Assembly (NCBI GenBank): GCA_027533455.1
Contig: JAPZUC010000005.1
Location: 30,175-94,174, forward strand
DNA: 64,000 nt
DNA from: Porphyrobacter sp.
GTDB taxonomy: Bacteria; Pseudomonadota; Alphaproteobacteria; Sphingomonadales; Sphingomonadaceae
Direction: 5' to 3'
Shown: piece after piece, positions 55,522-64,000 of the stretch
Numbering within the stretch: the stretch's first letter is position 1
How the letters are laid out: each line of letters begins with the position of its first letter
The notes under the pieces: model-generated
The model's database searches: none
The model's input: the letters and a program-made list of their open reading frames with translations, nothing else
Told to the model about the DNA's origin: nothing
Program-made: the position numbers and the translations under genes

Positions 55522-57471
55522 ATGCGGCGGGGGGGCACCACAGGCTGGCTGGCGGCAAGCGCTCTGGTGCTTGCATCCTGCGGCGGAGGGGGAAGCTCAG
55601 GTGGGGGCAGCCCGACCCCGACACCCACCCCGACGCCCACGCCGCCGCCCGGCGGACAGGTCTTCGCCGTGCCAGCCGCCGAAAGCTTGTCGAGTGTGGA
55701 GGTCGGCACCATCATCGCGCAGGCCGCTGCCGAAGCGCGGGCGCGGGGCGCGGCGGCAACGATTGCGGTGACCGACCGCGTGGGCAACGTGCTCGCCGTG
55801 TTCGCCATGCCCGGGGCGGCGGCGACCGCCAGCATCCCGCCCGCACCCGACGGCACCAGCCGCGATGCCCAGGGGCTCACCATCCCGAGCGCCGGCGCGG
55901 CCATCGCCAAGGCCATCACCGGGGCCTACCTGTCGAGCGGGGGCAACGCGTTCTCGAGCCGCACTGCGAGCATGATCGTGCAGGAGCATTTCCCGCCCGC
56001 GCCCACCACCGCCGGGCTCGAAAGCGGGCCGCTGTTCGGGGTGCAGTTCAGCCAGCTGCCCTGTTCCGATCTTGCCGCGCGGGCGAGTGACGGGCTGATC
56101 GGCCCCAAGCGGTCGCCGCTCGGTCTTGCCGCTGACCCGGGGGGCTTCCCGCTCTACCAGAACGGCGTAGTGGTTGGCGGCATCGGGGTGATCGCCGACG
56201 GGGTCTACGGCCTCGACCCCAACGTGCTTGACCGTGACAATGACCTCGACGAGGCGATTGCGCTGGCCGGCACGGTCGGCTTCGAGGCACCCACGGGGAT
56301 CCGTGCCGAGCGGATCACCGCCGATGGCACTTCGCTGCGCTACTCTGACATCGAATACGCCCAGATCGGCAGTGTCGCAGGGGCGAGCTTTGCGGCCACG
56401 GCGGGCGCGCTGGTGGCGGTCATGGGATATCATAGCGGCGCCGGGCTGCTCGCGGGCGCGACCTATGGCACCGAGGCTTCGGGCGTGCGCGCTTCGACCG
56501 CCGCCGAGTTCGCCAACCGCGATGCCTTCGTGCTCACTAACGGGGTGGGGGTGAACCGCTATCCGGTGCGCAGCGGCACCGACGCTGGCGATGTCGCCAC
56601 CCCGCTCGCCGCCGCCGAGGCGCGGGCGATCCTTGAAGAAGCCTTCGCCGTCATGAGCCGCGCGCGGGCACAGATCCGCCAGCCCTTAGATAGCCGCGCG
56701 CAGGTGACGATCAGCCTCGTCGATACACGCGGGGCCGTGCTGGGTATCGTGCGATCACCAGATGCGCCGGTGTTCGGGATCGATGTCAGCTTGCAGAAGG
56801 CGCGCACGGCCAACTTTTTCTCCGGCAGCTTCGCCGCGGTCGAGCTTTCGGGGGCGGCGGGCGAGGTGCCGCAGTTCGTGACACGGCTGCGCAGCTTCCT
56901 CGGCGATCCGGCGGCGCTTATCGGAAGCACCGCCTTTTCCGACCGCGCCCACGGGAACCTCTCGCGCCCCTATTTCCCCGATGGCGAGGTGGGGCAGCCC
57001 AATGGGCCGTTCTCCCGCCCGATCCAGCAGTTCAGCCCCTTCTCGACCGGCTTGCAGAGCGCGCTGGTGGTCGGCAACCTCGCGCAGCATCTGGGCTTCG
57101 TGACCGGTGCGAGCGGGACGGATACGCCGCGGGCCTGCACTACGCTGCCGGGCGCGGGCGGCGGCAATCCACGTCTGGCCAACGGCATCCAGATCTTCCC
57201 TGGATCGGTCCCTGTCTATCGCGGCGGAGTGCTCGTCGGTGGGATCGGCGTATCGGGCGACGGGATCGATCAGGACGACATGATCAGTTTCCTCGGCCTT
57301 CACAACGGCGCGGTGCGCGCAGGCGGCGCGCTCGGCAACGCGCCTGCCGCGATCCGTGCCGACCGGATCTTGGTGCAGGTGGGCGGACGTCAGGTGCGGC
57401 TGCGCTATGTGAATTGTCCCTTCGCACCGTTCATCGGCACCGATGTGCAGAACGTGTGTCAGGGGCTGTAG
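55522..57471 (+). CDS. Lipoprotein with two GlcG/HbpS-like heme-binding domains
   Basis: Lipobox LASC and G/S then PT linker; duplicated IAVTDRVG..AKAITG..GGFPL..GGIGV and ISLVDTRG..QKART..GSVPV..GGIGVSG. Confidence 0.75.
   Translation: MRRGGTTGWLAASALVLASCGGGGSSGGGSPTPTPTPTPTPPPGGQVFAVPAAESLSSVEVGTIIAQAAAEARARGAAATIAVTDRVGNVLAVFAMPGAAATASIPPAPDGTSRDAQGLTIPSAGAAIAKAITGAYLSSGGNAFSSRTASMIVQEHFPPAPTTAGLESGPLFGVQFSQLPCSDLAARASDGLIGPKRSPLGLAADPGGFPLYQNGVVVGGIGVIADGVYGLDPNVLDRDNDLDEAIALAGTVGFEAPTGIRAERITADGTSLRYSDIEYAQIGSVAGASFAATAGALVAVMGYHSGAGLLAGATYGTEASGVRASTAAEFANRDAFVLTNGVGVNRYPVRSGTDAGDVATPLAAAEARAILEEAFAVMSRARAQIRQPLDSRAQVTISLVDTRGAVLGIVRSPDAPVFGIDVSLQKARTANFFSGSFAAVELSGAAGEVPQFVTRLRSFLGDPAALIGSTAFSDRAHGNLSRPYFPDGEVGQPNGPFSRPIQQFSPFSTGLQSALVVGNLAQHLGFVTGASGTDTPRACTTLPGAGGGNPRLANGIQIFPGSVPVYRGGVLVGGIGVSGDGIDQDDMISFLGLHNGAVRAGGALGNAPAAIRADRILVQVGGRQVRLRYVNCPFAPFIGTDVQNVCQGL
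55612..55650 (+). repeat. Coding Pro-Thr tandem repeat (linker)
   Basis: CCGACC/ACACCC/ACGCCC units encoding PTPTPTPTPTPPP. Confidence 0.8.
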
Positions 57472-59325
57472 ATGGGGCCGCTGCTTCCCGCCTTGCTGCT
57501 GCTTCAGGCTGCACCGCCGCAAGACGTGGATGCACCGCCCGCGCCTCCCGGCGAACAGTCAGCTCCGCAGGATTGGGAGCAGGATATCCCTCCCGTCGAT
57601 CCCGAGATTATCGAGGGCCGCCAGCGTCCCGGCTACACCGCGCCGCTGCCCGAACGGATCGAGCAGAACAACGAGGGCGCTGTGCGCGCTCCCCCGCCGC
57701 AGGCCTTTCCGGCTGATCAGGTGCCGATCCCCGATCGCTGGCGGCTGATCGAGAGTCTCGGGCTGGTCAAAGAGAACCTCCTCGATCCCTACAACCAGAA
57801 CACCCTGAAAGGCGACCGGCCCATCAACCGCGCCAAGGTGCCGTGGCTGCCGATCAAGGAAGATGACTGGTTCTTCGTCGCCAACCTGATTTCCGACACC
57901 GTCTATGAACCGCGCAGCTTCCCCATTCCGGTCGGCGTGCAGACCACCGAGGACCCGGACCGCAACGATGTGTTCGGCAATGCCTTCAGCCAGGTATTCA
58001 GCCAGACCTTCATCGCCGGTTTCGCGCTGCTGAAAGGATCGACCACCTTCAAGCCGCCGAGCATCGAATACCGCGTCACCTTTGCCTACAACGTCAACTA
58101 TGTCGACGTGCCCGAGCGCCGCGTGCTGTTCGTGGAGCCGTCGCGTCCGAGCCACCGGCTCGACCACTTCCTCGGGGTGCAGGAAGCCTTCGTCGATTAC
58201 CACTTCGGCCAATTCGACAACGACCGGTTCGACTTCATCTCACTGCGCGCCGGAATCCAGCCGTTCCAGTCCGACTTCCGCGGTTTCCTGTTCAACGACC
58301 AGCAGCTCGGCGTGCGCCTGTTCGGATCGCGCGACAACAATCGCTTCCAGTTCAACTTGGGCGCGTTCTGGAGGCTGGAGAAGGACACCAATTCGGGCCT
58401 CAATTCGGTGGTGCAGGCCCCACGCGATGATTTCGTGTTCGTCGCCAATGCTTACCGGCAGGATTTCCTGATCCCGGCGCTCACCAGTCAGGTCACGGTT
58501 GTCTACAACCGCAACCGCGAGGCCGACGATATCGAGATCGACGACAACGGCTTCCCCGTGCGCCCGGCCTTGCTGGGCACGCTGAGAGGCCGTGACTATG
58601 ACGCGGTCTATCTCGGCTACAACATGGATGGCCGGATCGGCCGGGTGAACTTGACGGGCAGTTTCTACTGGGCGCTGGGGGAGGACCGGAACAGCTTTTT
58701 CACCGATCGACCGGCCAGCATCAACGCGCAGTTCGCCGCCCTCGAGGCGAGTTATGACCGCGACTGGATGCGCTTCCGCGTCTCGGCCGCCTATGCCAGC
58801 GGCGACAGCGATCCTTATGACGACACCGAAGGCGGGTTCGACGCGATCTTCGAGAACCCGGTCTTTGCGGGCGCTGATACCTCGTACTGGATCCGCCAGA
58901 CCATTCCCTTTGCGGGCGGCGGGCGCGCGATTGCGCTGAATGGCCGCAACGGCATCCTCAATTCGCTGCGCTCCTCCAAGGAGCAGGGACAGTCGAACTT
59001 CAACAATCCGGGCCTGATCCTTACGGGGGCGGGCGCGGATTTCGACCTGACCCCGCAGCTGCGCGTCTCGGCCAATGCCAATCACCTGTGGTTCGAGGAT
59101 ACCTCCACCTTGCAGGTGCTGCGCAACGAAGGCTCGATCCCGAAAGATATCGGCTTTGACCTTTCAGCCTCGGCGATCTGGCGGCCCAAGGCCAACCAGA
59201 ATTTCGTCTTCCGCCTCTCCGCCGCGACGCTGCTGGCGGGTGACGGTTTCCGCGACCTGTTCACTTCCCGCGGAGGTGGAAAGGAATTCGTCTCGATCCT
59301 CGCCAACGTGGTACTGACCTACTGA
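57472..59325 (+). CDS. Predicted outer-membrane beta-barrel protein, function unknown
   Basis: Signal peptide, Pro-rich N-terminus, aromatic alternating strands, GVQEAFVDYH and terminal NVVLTY. Confidence 0.7.
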   Translation: MGPLLPALLLLQAAPPQDVDAPPAPPGEQSAPQDWEQDIPPVDPEIIEGRQRPGYTAPLPERIEQNNEGAVRAPPPQAFPADQVPIPDRWRLIESLGLVKENLLDPYNQNTLKGDRPINRAKVPWLPIKEDDWFFVANLISDTVYEPRSFPIPVGVQTTEDPDRNDVFGNAFSQVFSQTFIAGFALLKGSTTFKPPSIEYRVTFAYNVNYVDVPERRVLFVEPSRPSHRLDHFLGVQEAFVDYHFGQFDNDRFDFISLRAGIQPFQSDFRGFLFNDQQLGVRLFGSRDNNRFQFNLGAFWRLEKDTNSGLNSVVQAPRDDFVFVANAYRQDFLIPALTSQVTVVYNRNREADDIEIDDNGFPVRPALLGTLRGRDYDAVYLGYNMDGRIGRVNLTGSFYWALGEDRNSFFTDRPASINAQFAALEASYDRDWMRFRVSAAYASGDSDPYDDTEGGFDAIFENPVFAGADTSYWIRQTIPFAGGGRAIALNGRNGILNSLRSSKEQGQSNFNNPGLILTGAGADFDLTPQLRVSANANHLWFEDTSTLQVLRNEGSIPKDIGFDLSASAIWRPKANQNFVFRLSAATLLAGDGFRDLFTSRGGGKEFVSILANVVLTY

Positions 59326-62300
59326 TGCGCGCGCTCACTCAGCCTTTCGCCCGTCACCTCGCGCTGATCGCCGCGGCCATTGTGCTGGCTGTCAGCCTGT
59401 TTGCCGGTAGCCCGATGGCGTCCGACAAGGAAAAGCCGGTCAAGCGTGATTACTCCGCCGTCTTCGCAGCCCCCGCGCCGCAGCGGCAATCGGTGGCTCA
59501 GATGGAAGCCAAGTCGGAAGGCTGCAACACCTGCCACGTCAAGAGTGATGCCCCGACCATGCACGTCACCCCGGCGGTGCGGCTGGGCTGCACCGATTGC
59601 CACGGCGGGAATCCGGCCGTGCGCGGCAATTCAGAGCTGCCGCACGATCACCCCGATTATGTGGCCGCCCGAGACAGCGCGCACGTGCTGCCAACCTACC
59701 CCAAATCGTGGCACTTCCCGTCCTCGGCCAACCCGCAGCGGTCCTATGCCCTGCTCAATCAGGAATCGCCCGAGTTCGTGAAGTTCATCAACCCGTCGGA
59801 CTACCGCGTGGCGCGCGATGCTTGCGGGGCGTGCCACATTCAGGCGATCGAGGCGGCGGAACGCTCGATCATGGCGACCGGCGCGATGCTGTGGGGCGGG
59901 GCGAGCTACAACAACGGAATTCTCCCGTTCAAAAACTACCTCCTCGGCGAGGCCTATTCCCGCGAGGGCGATCCCGCGAAGATCACCTCGCCGGGCGCCG
60001 GGCCCGGAGGCAAGCTCAGCGAGGATCAGGTTGCGCGCGGGGTGCTGGCCGAGATGTATCCGCTGCCCACGTGGCAGGTGATCCCGCCCGGCGACGTGTT
60101 CCGCGTTTTCGAGCGCGGCGGGCGCAACATCAACACGCAATTCGCCGAAGTCGGCTTGCCCAATCCGACCGGCCTGATCCAGCGTTTGGATGAGCCGGGC
60201 CGCCCCGATCTCAAGCAATCGAACCGCGGTCCCGGCACAGGCCTGCGCGTCGCGATCCCGGCGCTCAACATCCACAAGACCCGCCTCAACGATCCCTTCA
60301 CGTGGTTCATGGGCACCAACGACCAGCCGGGCGACTACCGCCACTCGGGCTGCGCGAGTTGCCACGTGGTCTACGCCAATGACCGCGAGCCGCGCCATTC
60401 GCTGACTTATGCGCAATACGGGCGCGACGGGCAGTCGATCACGGTCGATCCGACCATTGCCGATAAGATCGAGCATGCTGCGGGCTATGGCGAGAAGACC
60501 AGCGGGCACGGGGCGGTGAAGCAGCCGGGGCATCACGCGGAAGAAGACAGCCACGGCGACAAGCCCAAGGATGACGGCGCGCTTCGCACGGCATCGGGCG
60601 AGGTCAAGGAGAAGGGGCACCCGCTCCAGCACGTCTTCACCCGCGCCATCCCGACCGCGCAGTGCATGAATTGCCACATGCACCAGCCGAACATCTTCCT
60701 GAACAGCTTCCTCGGCTACACCATGTGGGATTACGAGAGCGACGCGCCCTCGATGTGGCCCAAGCAGCAGAAATATCCCACAGCTGCCGAGGTTCGCGCC
60801 ATCACTGATCGCAACCCGGAAGGCGCCGCGCCGAAGGGCAACTGGTCCGACCTCGATTTCCTGCGCAACGTCTATGACCTGAACCCGACGCTGAAGGACA
60901 CCCAGTTCGCCGATTACCACGGCCACGGCTGGAACTTCCGCGCGATCTTCAAGCGCGACCGTGAGGGCAATCTGCTCGACGCGGACGGGAACATCGTCGA
61001 CCCCGACGATCCCGAGAAGTGGCGGAAAGAAGGCGAGGGCAAGTTCGTGCCCCCCGGCACCAACCCGGGCAAGACCGTACACATGATGGACATCCATGCC
61101 GAAAAGGGGATGCAGTGCGCCGATTGCCACTTCGAGCAGGACAGCCACGGCAATGGCCTCATCTATGGCGAGGTGGCGAACGCGATCGAGATCACCTGCA
61201 AGGATTGCCACGGCACGCCCGACGCCTACCCGACCTTGCGCACCAGTGGCCCCGCTGCGCCGCCCGAAGGTCATGACCTCGCCCTGCTGCGCAACCCCGA
61301 TGGCAAGCGCCGCTTCGAATGGATGGAAGGGGCCGATGGCAGGCGCAAACTTGTTCAGCGCTCAATTGTCGACCCCAACCTCGAATGGGACATGAGCCTC
61401 GTCAAGGACACGGTCGATCCTGCGACGCCCGTGTTCAACGCCAAGGCCGCGCGGGCGAAGCTCGTCAGCCGTTACGGCGCGGAGACCGGCAATTTCGAAT
61501 TCGGCACCGGCATCGCGGAAGGCGACCGCGCGCACCGCGATCCCGAGATGGCGTGCTTCACCTGCCACCTGTCATGGACCACCAGCTGCGGCGGGTGCCA
61601 CCTGCCCATCGAGGCCAACTGGAAGACCAAGATCCACCGCTATGAAGGCGGCGAGACACGCAACTTTGCCACCTACAACCCGCAGGTCGCGCGCGACGAA
61701 ATGTTCCAGCTCGGCAAGCACATGACCACCAAAGGCGGGCAGGTGGCTCCGGTGCGCTCGTCCTCGGCGCTGGTGCTGTCGTCCACCAACACCAATCGCG
61801 AACGCATTTATGTGCAGCAGCCGCCGATCAGTGCGATCGGCTTCTCCAGCCAGGCCTTCGCGCCGCACTTCCCGCATACGGTGCGTCTGACCGAGACCAA
61901 GACCTGCACCGATTGCCACCTGTCGGCCAAAGACGACAACAACGCGATCATGGCGCAGCTCTTCCTGCTGGGGACGAGCTACGTCAATTTCGTCGGGCTC
62001 AATGCATGGACCGGGCTAGAGGGCGGCTTCCAGGCCACCCGCGTCACCGAATATGACGAACCGCAGGCAGTGATCGGGTCCTATCTCCAGCGCTATGCCT
62101 ATCCCGATTACTGGAAGCTCCATGTCGAGCAGAACGGGCGCGAGCTGAAGAACTGGGTGCGCGGCAAGACCTTCGACAAGAACCTCTCGGGCGAGACCCA
62201 GCCGTTCGAGGAGTTTGCTAATGTCCACGAAGGTACGCCGGGCCGGGTCGGCTGCCTGCAGCTGCGCGGCGAATACATGTTCGTGGCCGAAGGCAAGGGC

Positions 62301-63446
62301 GGCTTTGTCGCCTATGACGTTGCCAGCATCGCCAACAAGGGCGTGTCCGAGCGGATCCTCAAGGGCCCGTTCTCGGGCCTCGGGCATGACACGCAGGTCA
62401 GGACCACCAACGCCACCTGCATGGCACTGGCGACCAACCAGCCGATCGCGCCGACCCGCAGCACGCCCGAACTGCGCATCATCAACCAGGAGCAGGCGTT
62501 CAAGCCGATCTACAACTACGCCGCCGTCACCGATGCGGTGGAGGGCCTGATCCTCGTCAACGTCAACACGCTGGCGGACGGGGAATTCCGCAACAACCAG
62601 CTGAGGCGCAAGGCCTATGCCGATGGTTCGACCGCGTGGAACCCGGGCGGTGTGCTGAAGGGCGCGCGGCATATCGTGCTGGCGGGCGAAGTTGCCTATA
62701 TCACCGCCGACCGCGGCCTTGTGGTGGTCGATCTTGCCGATCCCGACACGCCGAAACTTGCCGCCGTGCGCGAGCTGCGCGATGCGCGGGCCTCCGCGGT
62801 GCAGTTCCGCTACCTGTGGGTGACGGACGCCGGCGGGGTGAAGCTGTTCGATATCACGTCACTGCGCGATCCGGTCGCCGTGCCCGAGGCGACCGTGCCG
62901 CTGGCCGATGCGCGGCGGATGTATGTCGCGCGCACCTATGCCTATGTCGCGGCGAAAAGGGATGGTCTGGTGATCCTCAACGTCACCAACCCGCGCGCGC
63001 CCAAGGTCTATCAGAAGGTCACGCTGGGCGGGACGCTCAACGATGCCGAGGATGTGATCGTCGGCACCACCAACGCCTCGCTGTTCGCTTACGTGGCGGA
63101 CGGGCGCAACGGAATGAAGGTGCTGCAACTCACCAGCCCCGACAGCCAGCGCAACTTCTACGGCTTCAGCCCTGCGCCCATGCCGGAACTGATCGCCTGG
63201 GCGAAAACGCCGACACCTGCCATCGCGCTCAGCAAGGGACTCGACCGCGATCGTGCGGTGGACGAGACCGGTGGACAGATGGCGGTGTTCGGGCGATTGG
63301 GTTCGCGGCCCTTCACTAGGTCGGAGATGGAGCGGATGTTTATGACCCGCTCGGGCGTGCCGTGGAAGGTCGCGGACGAGATCGACATGAAGCGCTGGGT
63401 GGGCACCGCGCCAACGGGGGCGCAGCGGGCGGCAGTGCGCAAGTAG
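59325..63446 (+). CDS. Large exported decaheme c-type cytochrome with C-terminal LVIVD-type beta-propeller
   Basis: Ten CxxCH (CNTCH, CTDCH, CGACH, CASCH, CMNCH, CADCH, CKDCH, CFTCH, CGGCH, CTDCH); repeats such as AYITADRGLVVVDLADP and AYVAAKRDGLVILNVTNP. Confidence 0.88.
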   Translation: MRALTQPFARHLALIAAAIVLAVSLFAGSPMASDKEKPVKRDYSAVFAAPAPQRQSVAQMEAKSEGCNTCHVKSDAPTMHVTPAVRLGCTDCHGGNPAVRGNSELPHDHPDYVAARDSAHVLPTYPKSWHFPSSANPQRSYALLNQESPEFVKFINPSDYRVARDACGACHIQAIEAAERSIMATGAMLWGGASYNNGILPFKNYLLGEAYSREGDPAKITSPGAGPGGKLSEDQVARGVLAEMYPLPTWQVIPPGDVFRVFERGGRNINTQFAEVGLPNPTGLIQRLDEPGRPDLKQSNRGPGTGLRVAIPALNIHKTRLNDPFTWFMGTNDQPGDYRHSGCASCHVVYANDREPRHSLTYAQYGRDGQSITVDPTIADKIEHAAGYGEKTSGHGAVKQPGHHAEEDSHGDKPKDDGALRTASGEVKEKGHPLQHVFTRAIPTAQCMNCHMHQPNIFLNSFLGYTMWDYESDAPSMWPKQQKYPTAAEVRAITDRNPEGAAPKGNWSDLDFLRNVYDLNPTLKDTQFADYHGHGWNFRAIFKRDREGNLLDADGNIVDPDDPEKWRKEGEGKFVPPGTNPGKTVHMMDIHAEKGMQCADCHFEQDSHGNGLIYGEVANAIEITCKDCHGTPDAYPTLRTSGPAAPPEGHDLALLRNPDGKRRFEWMEGADGRRKLVQRSIVDPNLEWDMSLVKDTVDPATPVFNAKAARAKLVSRYGAETGNFEFGTGIAEGDRAHRDPEMACFTCHLSWTTSCGGCHLPIEANWKTKIHRYEGGETRNFATYNPQVARDEMFQLGKHMTTKGGQVAPVRSSSALVLSSTNTNRERIYVQQPPISAIGFSSQAFAPHFPHTVRLTETKTCTDCHLSAKDDNNAIMAQLFLLGTSYVNFVGLNAWTGLEGGFQATRVTEYDEPQAVIGSYLQRYAYPDYWKLHVEQNGRELKNWVRGKTFDKNLSGETQPFEEFANVHEGTPGRVGCLQLRGEYMFVAEGKGGFVAYDVASIANKGVSERILKGPFSGLGHDTQVRTTNATCMALATNQPIAPTRSTPELRIINQEQAFKPIYNYAAVTDAVEGLILVNVNTLADGEFRNNQLRRKAYADGSTAWNPGGVLKGARHIVLAGEVAYITADRGLVVVDLADPDTPKLAAVRELRDARASAVQFRYLWVTDAGGVKLFDITSLRDPVAVPEATVPLADARRMYVARTYAYVAAKRDGLVILNVTNPRAPKVYQKVTLGGTLNDAEDVIVGTTNASLFAYVADGRNGMKVLQLTSPDSQRNFYGFSPAPMPELIAWAKTPTPAIALSKGLDRDRAVDETGGQMAVFGRLGSRPFTRSEMERMFMTRSGVPWKVADEIDMKRWVGTAPTGAQRAAVRK

Positions 63447-63455
63447 GCGGCGGCC

Positions 63456-64000
63456 TTATTCCCGCTCGGCGAACATGCCTTCGATCATCGGCTGCAGCGC
63501 GGCGTGGAAGCGCGCCAGCACCTGCCAATCGCCGACCTGCTCGTAATGCGAGACGAGGGTTTCCCCGTCCCAGCGATGCAGGGCATAGGAGGGCGGCTCA
63601 GTGATGATTAGCTCGCGGTCGTCGGGCAACGCGGCGTCGATCGGGTTGAGGTCCATCCCTACCAGCGGCGCGACCGAGGGCGTTACCCCGAGCGGAATTC
63701 CGGCAAAGCGGGTGCTGATCTGGCGGTGCAGGTGTCCGCAATGCACCGCCAGCACCTGGCGCTGCCCTTCGAGCACGGCGCGCAGCCGGGTGATCCAGTG
63801 TTCGTCAGGTGCAGGGTCCATCCAGTCGATCCCGGCGACGACGGGAGGGTGATGCATGAAGATCAGGGTCGGTGCCTCTGGCGCCTCGGCCAGCCGGTCC
63901 GCCAGCCAGCGCGCCCGCGCCGTGCAGAAAGCGCCGCCGTGGCGGCCATCCTCCAGCGTGTCTAGGCAGATGATCCTGAGGCCCATCGGCGCCTCGACCA
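63456..64000 (-). CDS. Metallophosphoesterase, CpdA/GpdQ-like phosphodiesterase; 5' end outside window
   Basis: ICLDT, LIFMHHPP and HCGHLHR; frame open to the window edge. Confidence 0.75.
   Translation of the reverse strand, partial: VEAPMGLRIICLDTLEDGRHGGAFCTARARWLADRLAEAPEAPTLIFMHHPPVVAGIDWMDPAPDEHWITRLRAVLEGQRQVLAVHCGHLHRQISTRFAGIPLGVTPSVAPLVGMDLNPIDAALPDDRELIITEPPSYALHRWDGETLVSHYEQVGDWQVLARFHAALQPMIEGMFAERE

Noticed and set aside
49732-61274. ORFs 49732-51264 (+), 52909-54066 (-), 54233-55624 (-) and 59631-61274 (-)
   Set aside because: Antisense to well-supported genes
54152-63446. Calling the cluster mtrAB/pioAB or a hao/nrfA system
   Set aside because: Heme spacing, protein sizes and gene order do not fit, and no CxxCK motif is present; only the architecture is analogous
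1-64000. tRNA, rRNA, IS, integrase, prophage or defence genes
   Set aside because: No cloverleaf, rRNA-like tract, DDE/tyrosine recombinase motif, phage gene or marked compositional shift was recognised by eye

Overview
High-GC alphaproteobacterial chromosomal segment. Gene content and repeat style suggest Sphingomonadales, probably Erythrobacteraceae; this is an inference. No rRNA, tRNA, CRISPR array, transposase or integrase was recognised. In order, the window holds: (1) a fused 5-oxoprolinase with DUF969/DUF979/DUF2891; (2) a wax-ester synthase and a lipase-like hydrolase; (3) an exported Mn-SOD and a broken ECF sigma gene; (4) a ~14 kb divergent sulfoquinovose monooxygenase (sulfo-SMO-type) locus with TonB receptor, MFS, YeiH exporter, GlpD, FMN reductase, a degenerate RibB and a SorAB-like sulfite dehydrogenase; (5) an acyl-CoA dehydrogenase pair and sigF-nrsF; (6) a TonB/GH68/fructokinase sucrose locus; (7) gluP-zwf-edd-eda, a LacI regulator, glk and a very divergent PEP carboxylase; (8) an S46 peptidase and a Zur/Fur-flanked gene pair; (9) a ~14 kb uncharacterised cluster. 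The last comprises FecR-domain and TPR/beta-barrel genes divergent from a CHASE2 adenylate cyclase, followed by a 4-5-heme cytochrome, a tandem HbpS/GlcG-like lipoprotein, an outer-membrane barrel and a 1373-aa decaheme/LVIVD protein, with a convergent CpdA-like phosphodiesterase. It is the strongest candidate for an undescribed system. Non-coding highlights are three parS-like palindromes, each preceded by GACCCC-type motifs spaced about 11 bp apart, and an identical 16-mer upstream of zwf and glk. All family calls come from motif recognition by eye; no database search was run.
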